Shown: positions 23,985 through 35,890 of the stretch, one piece after another
Layout: every line of letters starts with the position of its first letter
How positions within the stretch are numbered: position 1 is the stretch's first letter
NCBI RefSeq assembly: GCF_006345805.1
Contig: NC_042997.1
Coordinates: forward strand, 162,998,001 to 163,062,000
Source of the DNA: Octopus sinensis
Lineage: Eukaryota
Reading direction: 5' to 3'
DNA length: 64,000 bases
The notes under the pieces: model-generated
Database searches by the model: none
Told to the model about the DNA's origin: nothing
The model's input: the letters and a program-made list of their open reading frames with translations, nothing else
Translations under genes and position numbers: made by a program

Positions 23985-25052
23985 TAGATCAACTCTTTGA
24001 CCCTATGGCATTGACATAAGGCAGCACCAATAGCAAGAGTCAACCCATAGACTCTTTATGCAAGTCAACACTAATAAGTCATTTTATACTATTTTACAAT
24101 AATACTAGCCAAATTTTTGTATGAAGAAACTATTATTTCATGATAATAAAAAAAAAATTTAACAGCAATCATATCCCTGTTCAAAACTGTCAAAATATGT
24201 TAAAAATTTGAAAAATTTCAAAATTTCTAATGTAAACTTGTAAGAGGGAAAGATTAAAAATTAGGAAATCTGAATGTTTTTTTTTATTTCTTTCCCTAAA
24301 ATGCTAAAACAATTTTTTAAATATCATAATACATAGTTTTTAATAGCAAATAAAGTTTATAAATAATTTTTTCAAGATATTTTTAGATTATAACCTCAGA
24401 TCTAATCTAAAAACTAATCTTGACCAAAGTTATAAGTTTTCCCACTTATTTCTAATCTAAATGATAAAACAGTGATTCAAATAGAATTAGATAGGTAAAG
24501 TTCATAAATAACTGCTTTCAAATTAGGTCAGAAATGTGGAGGAGGGGCATGATTGATTATATCAAATACAGTACTTGACTAGTACTTTATTTTATCAATC
24601 TCCAAAGCTGACCTTGGCAGAATTTAGAATCAATATGAAGCAGCAGAATACTACAAGGCATTTTTATTTAATCATCATCATCGTTTAACGTCCGCTTTCC
24701 ATGCTGGCATGGGTTGACAAATCTCTTAACTCACTGCTTTAAATAATTGTTTCTAAATTAGGTATGTCAGAAACTTAAGGGGGAAGAAATAGTCAATCAT
24801 ATCAACTCCAGAACTTAACAAGTACTTTATTTTATTGACCTTGGTAGGACGAAATGTGTGGTTGACCTCTATTTAAGAAAAAAAAAAAAAAGAAACCTAA
24901 AACCAGTTGCACATCAAAATCAAAGTTTACTAGATGAATTCATAGAACAATGACCATTAAAAGGCTGAAAGCAAAAACAGAATTTTTAACAATCTGATGA
25001 TAAAAAATTAAATTAACACAAAAAGCAATGTAAAAAACAAAAGTTTCTTTAC

Positions 25053-25103
25053 CTCAGGTTGTATTGCTTGAAAGACAGGTAAATCCAATAAAGTTATTTG
25101 ACT
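25053..25103 (-). CDS. RalGPS: RalGPS coding exon, phase 0-0
   Basis: Bounded by cattttccag| and |gtaaag; 51 nt. Translates SQITLLDLPVFQAIQPE, matching SQITLMDIPVFKAIQPE. Confidence 0.95.
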
Positions 25104-25187
25104 CTGGAAAATGAGATGAGAGAGAAAATCACAAAATGTGCCAATGATGAAATGAGCATTACTTATCTAATTGTAAATAAGTAAAAA

Positions 25188-26811
25188 CTAGCAGAAATAC
25201 TCAGCATTGCTTGGGATTAAAATGGCATAGTTTGCATGTATGTATATATATATGTATTACACTTATGTTGATATGGGAAAATGCAGTATTGACAGCAAAA
25301 CATTTGTGGAATAAATGATGAGCTAAGTCGTCTAAGAGACATGCCATGCATCTGTTTGGAGCATTTCAGGCCCTAACCTTTCATGGAAAATTGGGGGTGG
25401 CAGGTATGTGATTTTTGAACACACTGAAAAGCTGTCAGTGGATATAATCTCCTTTGCAGCAGTTGGTGCTGCGTCTAAAATGGCCCATCGTTTGAAGTTT
25501 TGGCTCCTCCTTTGGGTTTGTTGTCCTACATCACTTAAAGTAAATTTGGAGTAACTGTGGTTGTCCATTTGTGGGTAACAGGGAACCAATGAGGTGACAG
25601 ACTTGCTTTAAACTTTGAATGGTAGCGTAAATCCATGTTCAACCATATCTTTAGATGCACCAAACGATGTCATTTGAAATGCAGAATTGTATTGTCTGAT
25701 ATTGTTAAAAAAATCCTTTGACTGGATGGAAGCACCTTCCAGAAGATCCATAAGCTGATAGCGCTGGCAATGCCATTAGTTTCATTTGGAAATTTTAAAG
25801 CTTTGCAGAAATGACAATTTGAGTTTAGCACACCAATTTGGACAAAATTATCGTTTTTATAAGAATGGGATGGAAAGCAGCTCCAAGAGTTGTGAAGAAC
25901 GAATTTGTATGTAGTCTCTTTCTGAGAGCTATTCTAATCATTAAAACATTTTATTGATCTAGCATAAAGTGCTGAAGCATGCATTCACTGATCTTGGGAA
26001 AGTCTCCTCTCCCTTCTCTCTTGAGACTCCATTTGACATGCTGCAGCATGCCTTTGCTAATCTTGAGAAAGTCTCATCTCACTTCATTCTTAAGACACCT
26101 TTTCATGTGCTGGAACATGCATTTGCTGATCTTGAAAAAGTCTCATCTCCCTTCTCTCCAGACTCCATTTGATGTGCTGCAGCATGTATTTGCTGATCTT
26201 AGGAAAGCCTCATCTCCCTTCCCTCTTGAGACTCTCACCTTCGGTTTTCTACAATTTTCCTTGCCTTATACTTGTTTCTGGAGAGATTACGTCTTTTCTT
26301 TGGTGGCATATTTTCTCAATATTGTAAACAAAAATTTTGAACATAGAAAAAATTATACATTGATCTCTATATTTGTGGGCAGTTGTATGTATGTAGCATG
26401 TCTTTACTTTTGTACACAGTATAAAGTAACGAAATATAAGCAAATTAACCAAATAGAAGCGCATGTATGAACTGCTAATTTAATGGTAAATGCTACAAGA
26501 ATATCTTAGTGTTATCATATTAGAATAAAAAGTGAAAGAATAAAAGTGAAACAATATTATAGCCTTATTACATTAGAATTAAAAGTGAAACAATATTATA
26601 TCACCTTACAATATAGATGTTATTCTTTCACGTTTGACATGTAATACCAAACCAGTGTCAATGTTGTATTGTTTTAATCCAAATGAAAAAAAACAATTAC
26701 ATATTGACACTCATGGTCTGATAATATTACCTTGTAAAATTTGATTTGATTTAGGCCAGCTGTATGAGAAGGTATAGAGAACAGACAGAGAAAGAATTTT
26801 ATATATAAAGA
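25188..26811 (-). mobile_element. Internally deleted Helitron with both termini (1624 bp)
   Basis: 5' end A|TCTTTATATATAAAATTCTTTCTCTGTCTG at 26811; 3' end cccaagcaatgctgagtatttctgCTAG|T at 25188. Decayed Rep ORF from ATG 26309: MPPKKRRNLSRNKYKARK, then CHFCKALKFPNE, SKDFFNNIRQYNSAFQMTSFG and QVCHLIGSLLP...QLLQIYF. Confidence 0.9.
25969..26235 (-). repeat. Four 69-bp tandem units encoding 23-aa STPR-like repeats inside the Helitron ORF
   Basis: Plus-strand unit gtgctgaagcatgcattcactgatcttgggaaagtctcctctcccttctctcttgagactccatttgac. Minus-strand consensus peptide is about ESQERREMRLSQDQQRHAAARQM. Confidence 0.85.
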
Positions 26812-27813
26812 TATACCATAATTGTGACATTTCTATGCATTTATGAACTCATATGAGTCACTCAAAGGAAACACTCAGCTGGAATAGTTTTGGTCTTAGA
26901 TCTAAACAATTAGAGCCAGTCTAGGACTCAACAACAATATGTTATAATAATAATAATAATGACCTAATTGTATATACTCACTCAAGTGTACTACAACTCA
27001 TTAAAAAAAGAGTAAAAGAAAAGTGGGGGTGGACAAAAAGTACCAATGAATCAAGTAAAGAAATACACCAATAAAAGCCAAAAGTGTGTGCACAATATAC
27101 GGAATAAAACATAAAAAGACAAGAAAGTAAAAAGTAAAAGAGCCTTAAAAGATGTAAAACAATTTCAAAATTGATAAAATAGCAAACTCCTGGCTCCTTC
27201 ACCATGAATTTGTACTCCTAGGGTACAGGACACCCCATAAAAAAAAAAATTGTATTTCTATAATAAGCAATGTGTTTCAGAGCATAATTCAGTTAGAACA
27301 ATCCTTATTTCATAATAGTCTATGTTTCTGATCGCTTCACTGATAGCTTTAGTGAAGTGTATTCTTCCAGGCTTATGAGCATATTTAAATTATGTTATTT
27401 AGTTATACAGAAGGTTTAAAGTATAATTGCCCTAAGTTAGAGCAACTGGCAAACCAAGCCTCCAGATTGTGTAGCTTTCTTAACATAGCTGAAAGAACTA
27501 ATAACTTAAATGGAGAAATTACTTAATTGGGGGGGGGGAGTTAATTTAGCAATAACACAATAGTCATCAGACAACATTTTTACTTCTACATTTTCCATAA
27601 ATGCATACTTTGTACTTAACATTTTATTTATTTATATATATAACAGTGAAATCTGTTATATATATATAAAACAGATTTCACTTAGGCATAGCGATACTAA
27701 TAGCCCAATGTTAGAACTCAATATAAACATGCGTCAGAATAAAATAGAGAGCATAATATGGAATTAAATATATGACAAAGGAACAGAATTAAATGATCGA
27801 CTTTCCTTGCTTA

Positions 27814-28048
27814 CAGCTCATTCTGCTATAAGAAGCAGTGTCCTCACAGCTGAGTGCTTCAGCATCACCTTATAGCTTCTTCAGAGCTTCTAAATTGCAA
27901 TGCAAGTTTATTTGAGAAAGCATTTACAGAGTGTGTCAATGCTTTCCCAAATAGGCTTGCATTTCATTTTAGGAGCTCTGAGGAAGCCATAAGGTAATGC
28001 ACAATCATTCAAATCTGAATACACTACATCTCATAGCAGAGACAGCTG
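27814..28048. mobile_element. Foldback (palindromic) MITE with TA flanks, Tc1/mariner-type termini
   Basis: Arms 27822-27924 and 27938-28040 align ungapped as inverted repeats (82/103 by hand count) around a 13-nt loop. Ends are TA|CAGCT...AGCTG|TA. Confidence 0.8.
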
Positions 28049-28748
28049 TATGCTAATGAAGTTAATCACGTAATTCTGTTCCCATATCATTTATTTAACT
28101 ATATATGATTTTTCTTCGAGTTTTAAGTTCTTCATGAGAAAGTCCAAGATAGTCACTAACAAAGTGACAAGACTTTTGAGTAAGAGTTCCTGGTGTTTGT
28201 AAATATGTGGTTGGGTTGGTGTGTTGATCGAACTGTTGATGCATACACCCAAGTGCGTGCATCTATTCACATAATCTCAGATGAATAATTTGGGCAATGT
28301 CTTACAAATCTTCACTGTGCCACTAATAGATTGGATTTGAAGAATCCATGTCAGTTTCTTTTTGCTTTCTCTGTGAAACCAAGTGTTTCTAAGTTTTTGT
28401 GCAAATTTGTTGGTACAGAATGTAATGCACCCTATAATGTATATATGGAAGTATATAGAGGGAAGAGTAGGGTAATTGTGTGATGTAGTTGCAGGGAGTT
28501 TATTATTGTGGTGGGGATTTGGGGATTTAGTGTAGTAGTCAAGGTTAATGTACCAAAAAAAGGCTCAATAATTTACTTTCAGATATCATTAAAATGGTCT
28601 TTTATATGCAAGTTCTATTTATATATTTCAACTCACACTGGATTTTAGTCCATGTCAGAAGATGGTATTAAAGAAAAAAAAAACTCATGTAGCACATCTC
28701 CACCTTTTTAATGAAGCAAAATTCTTTTTTTTAAATGGTTCAACTTAC

Positions 28749-28862
28749 GGCAAAATCCTCTGGTAGTACACGTAATACATCAAATACAACTGCATCATAA
28801 CTTTTCATCCGGGTAAGACTAGATCGTTTCTCCAATGACTCTTGACTGCCATGACTAACACC
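28749..28862 (-). CDS. RalGPS: RalGPS coding exon, phase 0-0 (start of GEF domain)
   Basis: Bounded by tttttttag| and |gtaagt; 114 nt. Translates GVSHGSQESLEKRSSLTRMKSYDAVVFDVLRVLPEDFA; KSYDAVVFDVL is a RalGPS signature. Confidence 0.96.
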
Positions 28863-29946
28863 CTAAAAAAAAAATACAAATTAAAAAGGTCATAAATAAC
28901 AATACGTTATTGGCAAAAGGAACAATGAAACTACTCTGAGGGAGCAAGAACTGAGAGTGAGGGAGGAGATGCAGGCATAGAATGGTATCAATAACCTTAC
29001 AAACTATTAAACATTAATATATCCAACAGATACAAGTAATTATGCTGATGATGATTATCACCATCATCATATTAGCTCCCCATGCTGTCATGGGTTGGAT
29101 GAGTCATCTCTGTTTTTCTTTCTAGAAGAGTGAAAAAAGCACATCTCATTTGTAAGTTCCATTTTAAAGGCTTGGCTTCTACATTTAGATACCCTTTCCT
29201 AACACCAACCACTCTACAGAGTGTACAGGATGCATTTTCTCATGACACCAGCACTAGAGAGGCTATCATGCAGTGTCTGATAACAATAAAGGGTCCTCTT
29301 GACCCCATACTTCATAGAGTGTACTGAGAACATTACATCATGGCACTAGCAATGGAGAGGATTGCCATGACTTTGCCAAGACTAAAGAGTCTACACAACC
29401 CTCATGTTTCTAATTACTCATCAAACGACAGACACAAAATTAGAAAGAACTAACTTCTGTACTGATTCCAGTTGATTAAACAAAAGGTCAACATTTGTAA
29501 GAGAAGTATACAGTGAACTGAATTAATTTTAGTATATTTTTGGTGCTATCAAGTCTGGAGGAATGAAAAGTAAAGTGGACCCAAGTTAAAATTGGAAGCA
29601 AATTTGTCTTGACACCAGAGTTTTTCAGTATTAAGGATTTAATGATAGTCAAAAACAATGAAAAATTTGTCACAAGAAACATTAGAACTAAATACATCTC
29701 CATCAAGTCATTGATGGAACCCCTATCTGATCACTGATTAAAATAGCAGCAAAATTTTCAAGAAATCAAACCTTACCATCTTTAAATACGGGGAAAAGGG
29801 TATATTTGATAAAGTAGTCTTGAATACATTGTGCCAAAAAAAATGAGATGGTCATGGCTAGAATGGTTTAATCATAAGTCTACGTGATTATAGTTAACCC
29901 ATGGATAACAATATTGTGCCTTTAAGCTGATGAAATATAAATTTAA

Positions 29947-30134
29947 CCCTTTAGCATTTATACTAGCCATATCTGGTCCAAAACTGGACAGATCTGGAAA
30001 GCCATACCTACCCTACAAGATCATTCTAAGAGTAAGCAATCATATCATGAAAATCTCAAAGATAACTGAATTAATTCAAAACAATGTAAATAAATAAACA
30101 TTACATTTGACTGATTAATATGACTACTAAAGGG
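29947..30134. mobile_element. piggyBac-like (TTAA) MITE, family 2
   Basis: Reads TTAA|CCCTTTAG...CTAAAGGG|TTAA. Related copies lie at ~5035-5260, 32054-32359 and 35548-36037. Confidence 0.82.
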
Positions 30135-32053
30135 TTAAAATAGTCCAATGGAATAGCAAATGAATGAGTACCCTTTTAGCTGACAGTTGAGAAACGAATT
30201 GATGATCCAAGTTTTTAAGTCGCTAAACAAACCTGGAACCTTTTGTTCAAATAAAAAAAACATGTACAATAGATAGCAAAAGTTTGTCATTAACAATATA
30301 CTTTCAAATTTCAACTGAATATTCTCATTAATATTGTTGAAAACCAAGCAATAGTAATTTACATTCTGGTAAACATTCAATACTTTTATATATACATATA
30401 TATATAAGCCAAGTGAGACCATATCCATGGCTTATGCCAGTGTAGCATAACCAGCCCATTTAAGAGTACCCTTCAATCATTGGGAAATAAACTGTGCTCA
30501 CAAAGACCTGTTGAGGCAAGTGAAATCATTGTCGTGCCCAATGACTACTGCCTGATTGGCACCTGTGCCAGTGACATGTAAAAAGCACCTTTTGAGCGTG
30601 GTCAATGCCAGTACCACCTGACTGGCCCACATGCCAGTGGCACATAAAAAGCACCCACTACACTCTTGGAGTGGTTGGCATTTGGAAGGGCATCCAGCTG
30701 TAGAAACTCTGCTAGATCAGATTGGAGCCTGGTGCAGCCTTCTGGCTCGCCAGCCCCCAGTCAAACTGCCCAATCCATGCCAGCATGGAAAGCAGACATT
30801 AACTGATGATTTTATATATATATATATATATAGGACGAATTTGGGTCTTTTTCATTTTACAATAATCTGGACAAGCAAAATTACATAACATCACTAGACT
30901 TCATCTTATTTGCCCTCATTTCCCAAACTGATTATCAAATTGTCATATCAGGGAGACCACTTCCTACATAATGTCAACTTATAATGTATGCCGATTTTAT
31001 CAAGAGAAATAAAGACATTAACATCAATTATAGCCTCAAGTACTCTACGTTGTAAAGTTTTATAATCAGACAAGTACACAAGCCCAGTACATAATTCAAT
31101 CAATCCTAAATAAATACACAAATACTTAATTCCAAGCATATTTTCCTCAACACTTGATATTAGGCTATGCTTGACAAATTAAGCATCTTATTACAATAGT
31201 ATAATGTATAATCTCGTTAGATCTAACCCCAAATGGTATGCAAGATAATCCAATCAGTAATCAAATAATTAAGTAAAATTCACCCTTAAAAAGTTTTTCT
31301 CTCACACACACACACACACACACACACAGATGAAGTAGATTTTTTTATGTCATAAAGGAATGTATACAATACATAGAACAGAGAGTTAATTTATATATTA
31401 CTACAATTACATAAGCAAATCAGACCATCTTTATTGTCAAGTTCAAACTAGCTGGATATACAACTATTGTCAATTGAATCACACACAGTCTGGACAAATG
31501 ATACTGCTTCACACAATCAAAATTTATGGGGGTGTATTTCAAGGTAGCACCAGTACTAGGGATGTTCTCTTGTCCTCTGATAAGACTAAAGAATTGTCTC
31601 AACTATGCTGTCTCTATTCATTCAAGACAACATGACACAGACAATGTAGTGGGGAAACAAGAATGTAGGAGGTGACAGTGAACAATTATGATGAGGGGAG
31701 TAGAGTGATAAAGACAAAGTGAAGATAGAATATGCAGTAACAGCAGGGAAGCAGTGATAATATTTATATGCAAGAAAGGAGTACATAAAAATTCCATACA
31801 GTGTACTCAGTTTAAGTTGTGAAACACAAATAAGGTATAATGGAACTACAGGAAAGCTCACAAAGATAGATTTTGCACATTGCAGATATGCAGGAGAAGT
31901 CGCCAGTAAATATATATATATGGAACAAACTCTTTCAAATGCCTGTAAAATTCCCTAAAAGTAGCTGAGAGCTTCTGTTACCCAAGTGCTTATTAAGTAG
32001 TGGAAGTTCCAAAATGAGCAACTAGAGTTAAAAGTAGAGTGGAAAAAGTTTAA

Positions 32054-32359
32054 CCTTTCAGCATTTAAACCAGCAATATCCAGCCCAAATATTCTGTTTT
32101 ATAACTTTGATAGGTTTCAGCCAGTATAGGCCCAGGCCATGTCAAACTAAATAGCACCACCTGGTGAAGTCTTTTAGTCATGTATGTTTTATGTTCAGAT
32201 TGGCCAGATCATGCCTCTCGCACCTCCCTCACAATGTCATTCTAAAACTAATCAATCACATCACTGAAATCTCAAAGCTACAAGATAATGCATGAAAAAT
32301 ATAAAAGAATATGAATAAATAAGCATTACATGTCAAAGAGTAATCTGAATGCTAAAGGG
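32054..32359. mobile_element. piggyBac-like MITE family 2 carrying an 82-bp insertion
   Basis: Reads TTAA|cctttcagcatttaaac...aatgctaaaggg|ATAA. The insert at 32103-32184 is flanked by tgttttat repeats. Confidence 0.75.
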
Positions 32360-32387
32360 ATAAGGAGCTATTATCTTTGCTAATAAT

Positions 32388-32745
32388 AAAATGAAGGGCA
32401 AACTTATAATGCTTATGTGCAAGTTGTGGTGCTGCATGGTATTAAAACATGGGCATTGGATGCAGAGGATGATGTGCAAAGGCTGGACAGAAACGAGGGG
32501 AGTATGCTCACCTGGATGTGGGATGTTAATGTGCATAAACTTTGGAGCACAAATGAATAGAGAGAAAAGCTGGATTATAAGAGGAATCAGAAGTTGAGTG
32601 CAAGGGGCTTGGTACAGACACGGGAAACACATGGTGTATGTCTGTTGTATAAAAGAAATTGCCAAGAGTTTGAAGTGGAAGGAATCCACAGAAAAGGGGA
32701 AACTTCAGGAGACATGGAACAAAATCAGGAAGAACAATCTAAAGA
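32388..32745 (+). pseudogene. RTE-clade LINE remnant (RT C-terminal region)
   Basis: Frameshifted translation MKGKLYNAYVQVVVLHGIKTWALDAE..RLDRNEGSMLTWM...REKL...EFEVEGIHRKG matches the RTE pattern KGRLY..CVR..MLYG.ETWA...VEG.R.RGRP.KTW. Confidence 0.8.
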
Positions 32746-32891
32746 AATAGAGTTTAATAAAGAGGCCTATATGCACCTACATCTAAAATATTTTTTCAAA
32801 GTTTAATCAACAAAGCCAAGACTGTGTTATATACTACTTCACTTCCGAAACGGATTTTAATAAAATTATCCAGAAATATCGAAAAACTTAC

Positions 32892-33021
32892 ATCTGCAAA
32901 TGAAGATTGAGGTGTATTATAGTCTCCACTGCTGTCACTCTCCAAAGTTTTAGTGAAGCTCTTACTGCTATCCTCCGGGGTCAGGATTCGGTGAGGTATG
33001 TTCATTTTCTTACCTTCCCAC
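32892..33021 (-). CDS. RalGPS: Probable RalGPS N-terminal coding exon, phase 2-0 (ATG at 33005)
   Basis: Strong acceptor gtttttctttcag| and donor |gtaagt. Open frame (R)WEGKKMNIPHRILTPEDSSKSFTKTLESDSSGDYNTPQSSFAD joins in frame to the 28862 exon. No homology anchor. Confidence 0.8.
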
Positions 33022-35631
33022 CTGAAAGAAAAACAAACAAATCATTAAATTACATAAAAAAAGAACAATGATTTCTTACATTGGTACAGGTTTATAAATG
33101 TTTCTAGATTGAATTGGTAATAGTACTTATTCAATTTTATCAAGTCTAACTATATAAAAAGCATGGTCAACCCAGATGAAATTTGAACTTAGACAACAAA
33201 AGGATGAACTCAGCATTAGGTTTTTTTTCCTCTTTTTTTTACCTTTTTTTTTTACAGGCACTTCATCTTTTATTAAAACAACGAGGATTTCTAACTTTGC
33301 TATAAAGTAAAACATTTTGTAGATGTAGTCAATTGCTAAAATCAACAACACTACTACTTAACTGATACTTATTTTAACCTTGGAAAAATGAAACTAAACT
33401 AGAAGCTCAAGATATAAACAGATGTAATACTACATGGCATTTTGTCCACTGCTTCATTGATTTAGTATTAATACTTATAATACTGTAACAAATTACTGAA
33501 CAATTTGAAAATAAGTAAAAAGTAAAGCAAGCCGGTTAACTGTGAATATCAACAATATTTTTGCATCTGCTTTTTCCATGCTGGGATGAAATGAAGGAGA
33601 TTTTGTTGAGGCAGTATCCTAAGCCAGATGCCCTTCCTGATGTTAACAATGACTGGTTTCCATTAAGGTACTTATTATCTTGGTCTTTCATATGAAGAAC
33701 AAAACAGGTTTTTCCACATGGATACAGCCTAAACAGGGATATATTTTATGCATTAAATAGATCAACTATGTCAAAATACAAACGGGAAGATACAAATGCA
33801 TGCACTGGAACTCCATAATGCGTATAGTACTAGCATATTAATAATACTAACACTAGAGAAACAGATTCTGGTAAATTCAAAGATATATGGATGAACCGGA
33901 TGAAGCTTGGATGCAAGACATCCCTGGAAAGAGCAATCTCTTTCCTTATTAAATTTTATATATGTATGTGTGTGTATGTACACACACACTCCTAAATATA
34001 TATATATATATATACATATATATATGCAGTGGCACATAAAAGGCATCAACTGATTGTGGCTGCTGCCAGCTTCCCCTGGCACCTGTGCCAGTGGCATGTA
34101 AAAAGCCCCCACTACACTCACGGAGTGGTTGGTGTTAGGAAGGGCATCCAGCTGTAGAAACACTGCCAGATCAGACAGGAGCCTGGTGCAGCTTCCTGGC
34201 TTCCCAGACCCCAGTCAAGCCGTCCAACTTGTGCTAGCACAGAAAACAGACATTAAATGATGCTGATGATGAGAGAGAGGGAAGGCTTCCATACAGTTTC
34301 TGAGAACCAATTTCCCTGACAAGTTATGGTTCAGCTTCAGGTTATAATAGAACACATTTGCTTATGGTACCACACAACAGGAATGAACATGAAACCAAGT
34401 GGTTGCGAAGCAAACTTCTTAACCACACAGCCATGAATGGACAAGCTACCTCTAAATTAAGTATAGAACCAAATTTACTTCCTTGATACTGCTATTGCTT
34501 TTGATAAAAGTATGAACATCACTAAACCCCTACCTCACCTACTTCTGCTCCTTATAAATATGGCCATTTATAGCATAATATTCTATTAACATACGAAAGT
34601 TTTTATAGGATACTCCTGGAAACTAACCTTTTAAAATATAGATTTCTGACAGATTTAAGACTTTAAGTTTAGAAAATGAAGGAAATGAGATTATGTAGCA
34701 TTCATGTTGTTTGCAAGGGAACTAAAGTGACAGGAATTGGCTATAACTGGAAATATGTCATGTCAAATACTTAGTTCATTAGGAATTCATCTCCACATTG
34801 CTCATTAACTGATATTATTGATTTCTTATATACTCATATGGCCTCAGATAAAAGGAGGAAAAGGATGAAGGAGAATCGTATGACATTCATGCTTTATCCA
34901 AAAAAAAAAAAAAGCCATGTTAGTGAAGTAAAACTAGAAATTATAATTAGGTTCTATACTTAATTCACAGACAGCTTGCCCACTCATTCAGTATCTCAAA
35001 GATGCAAAACGTGATTTTGATTATAAAAGAACATTAAATAAAAGAATAAATAACATTAACCTTATTTTTACACCAGGTTATATAAATCAATACCTCTAAT
35101 ATCTACTCTTAGGGAAAAGAAAAAAATTTAAAAAACTCAGTTACTTCCAGAAATGTATCAACACAAATTACAGCCCTAAGTGGCTTGCCTTCAACCTTGT
35201 CAGAGCAGCAGATACAATTTAAGTACTTGTCCAGCTGACAAGTAGTTACACCACTTTTTTTTTTCTTTTTTCCACCCTGTCATGCTTGTACTGATTACAC
35301 TCCATGAAACTATATTGCCAAATCAAATTTCCAACATACACTTAACATTATGGGTATCAGATTAAGATGCTGAACACTTGAATCAAGTCTTCACAATTTC
35401 AGCAATTTTATTTGGCATCCTGGATCCAAGCCATGCTAATTGTTCTAATCTACTAACATAATAAAAGAAATACAGAGACTAGTCTGACTTCAGGGAAGCT
35501 GATAGATTCTAAGATATTTATTCAAAGAATGAAAATTTATAAATCTACCCGCTTCAGCATTCAGATTACTCTGTCAAAATGTAATGCTTATTTATTCACA
35601 TTTTTTTTAAATAATTATGCATTAACTCATA

Positions 35632-35890
35632 ATAAATAAATAAATGTGCCCTTTTAAAGCCTAGCCAGGCTCATGGGCCCAGTTTCCCGGTTTCTATGGC
35701 GCATGTGTTCCCCGGCTGGATGGGACGCCAGTCCATCGCAGCGTTACTCATTTTTGCCAGCTGAGTAGACTGGAGCAACATGAAATGAAGTGTTTAGCTC
35801 AAGAACACAACGCATTGCCCGGTCTAGGAATCGAAACCACAATCTTATGATCATGATGCTGACACCCTAACCACTAAGCCACACGCCTCC
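35632..35890 (-). mobile_element. Full-length family D SINE with 15-bp TSD, inserted in a family 2 MITE
   Basis: atgcattaactcata occurs at 35617-35631 and 35891-35905. The element has a tRNA-like head and a (TTTA)n tail on the minus strand. The central gggacgccagtccatcgcag resembles the V-type SINE domain. Confidence 0.88.

Noticed and set aside
25969-26235. Regular repeats here and at 47121-47712 as CRISPR arrays
   Set aside because: There are no unique spacers and no cas genes, and the context is eukaryotic. They are coding tandem repeats and SINE multimers.
26982-26990. Possible 9-nt microexon TACACTTGA|GTGAGT
   Set aside because: It has an in-frame TGA and a competing upstream AG. It could only be a poison exon, and nothing supports that.
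27815-28014. Exon-like segment with AG and GTAAGC on the minus strand
   Set aside because: It is 200 nt with stops, has a weak acceptor and is phase-incompatible; the foldback MITE explains it.
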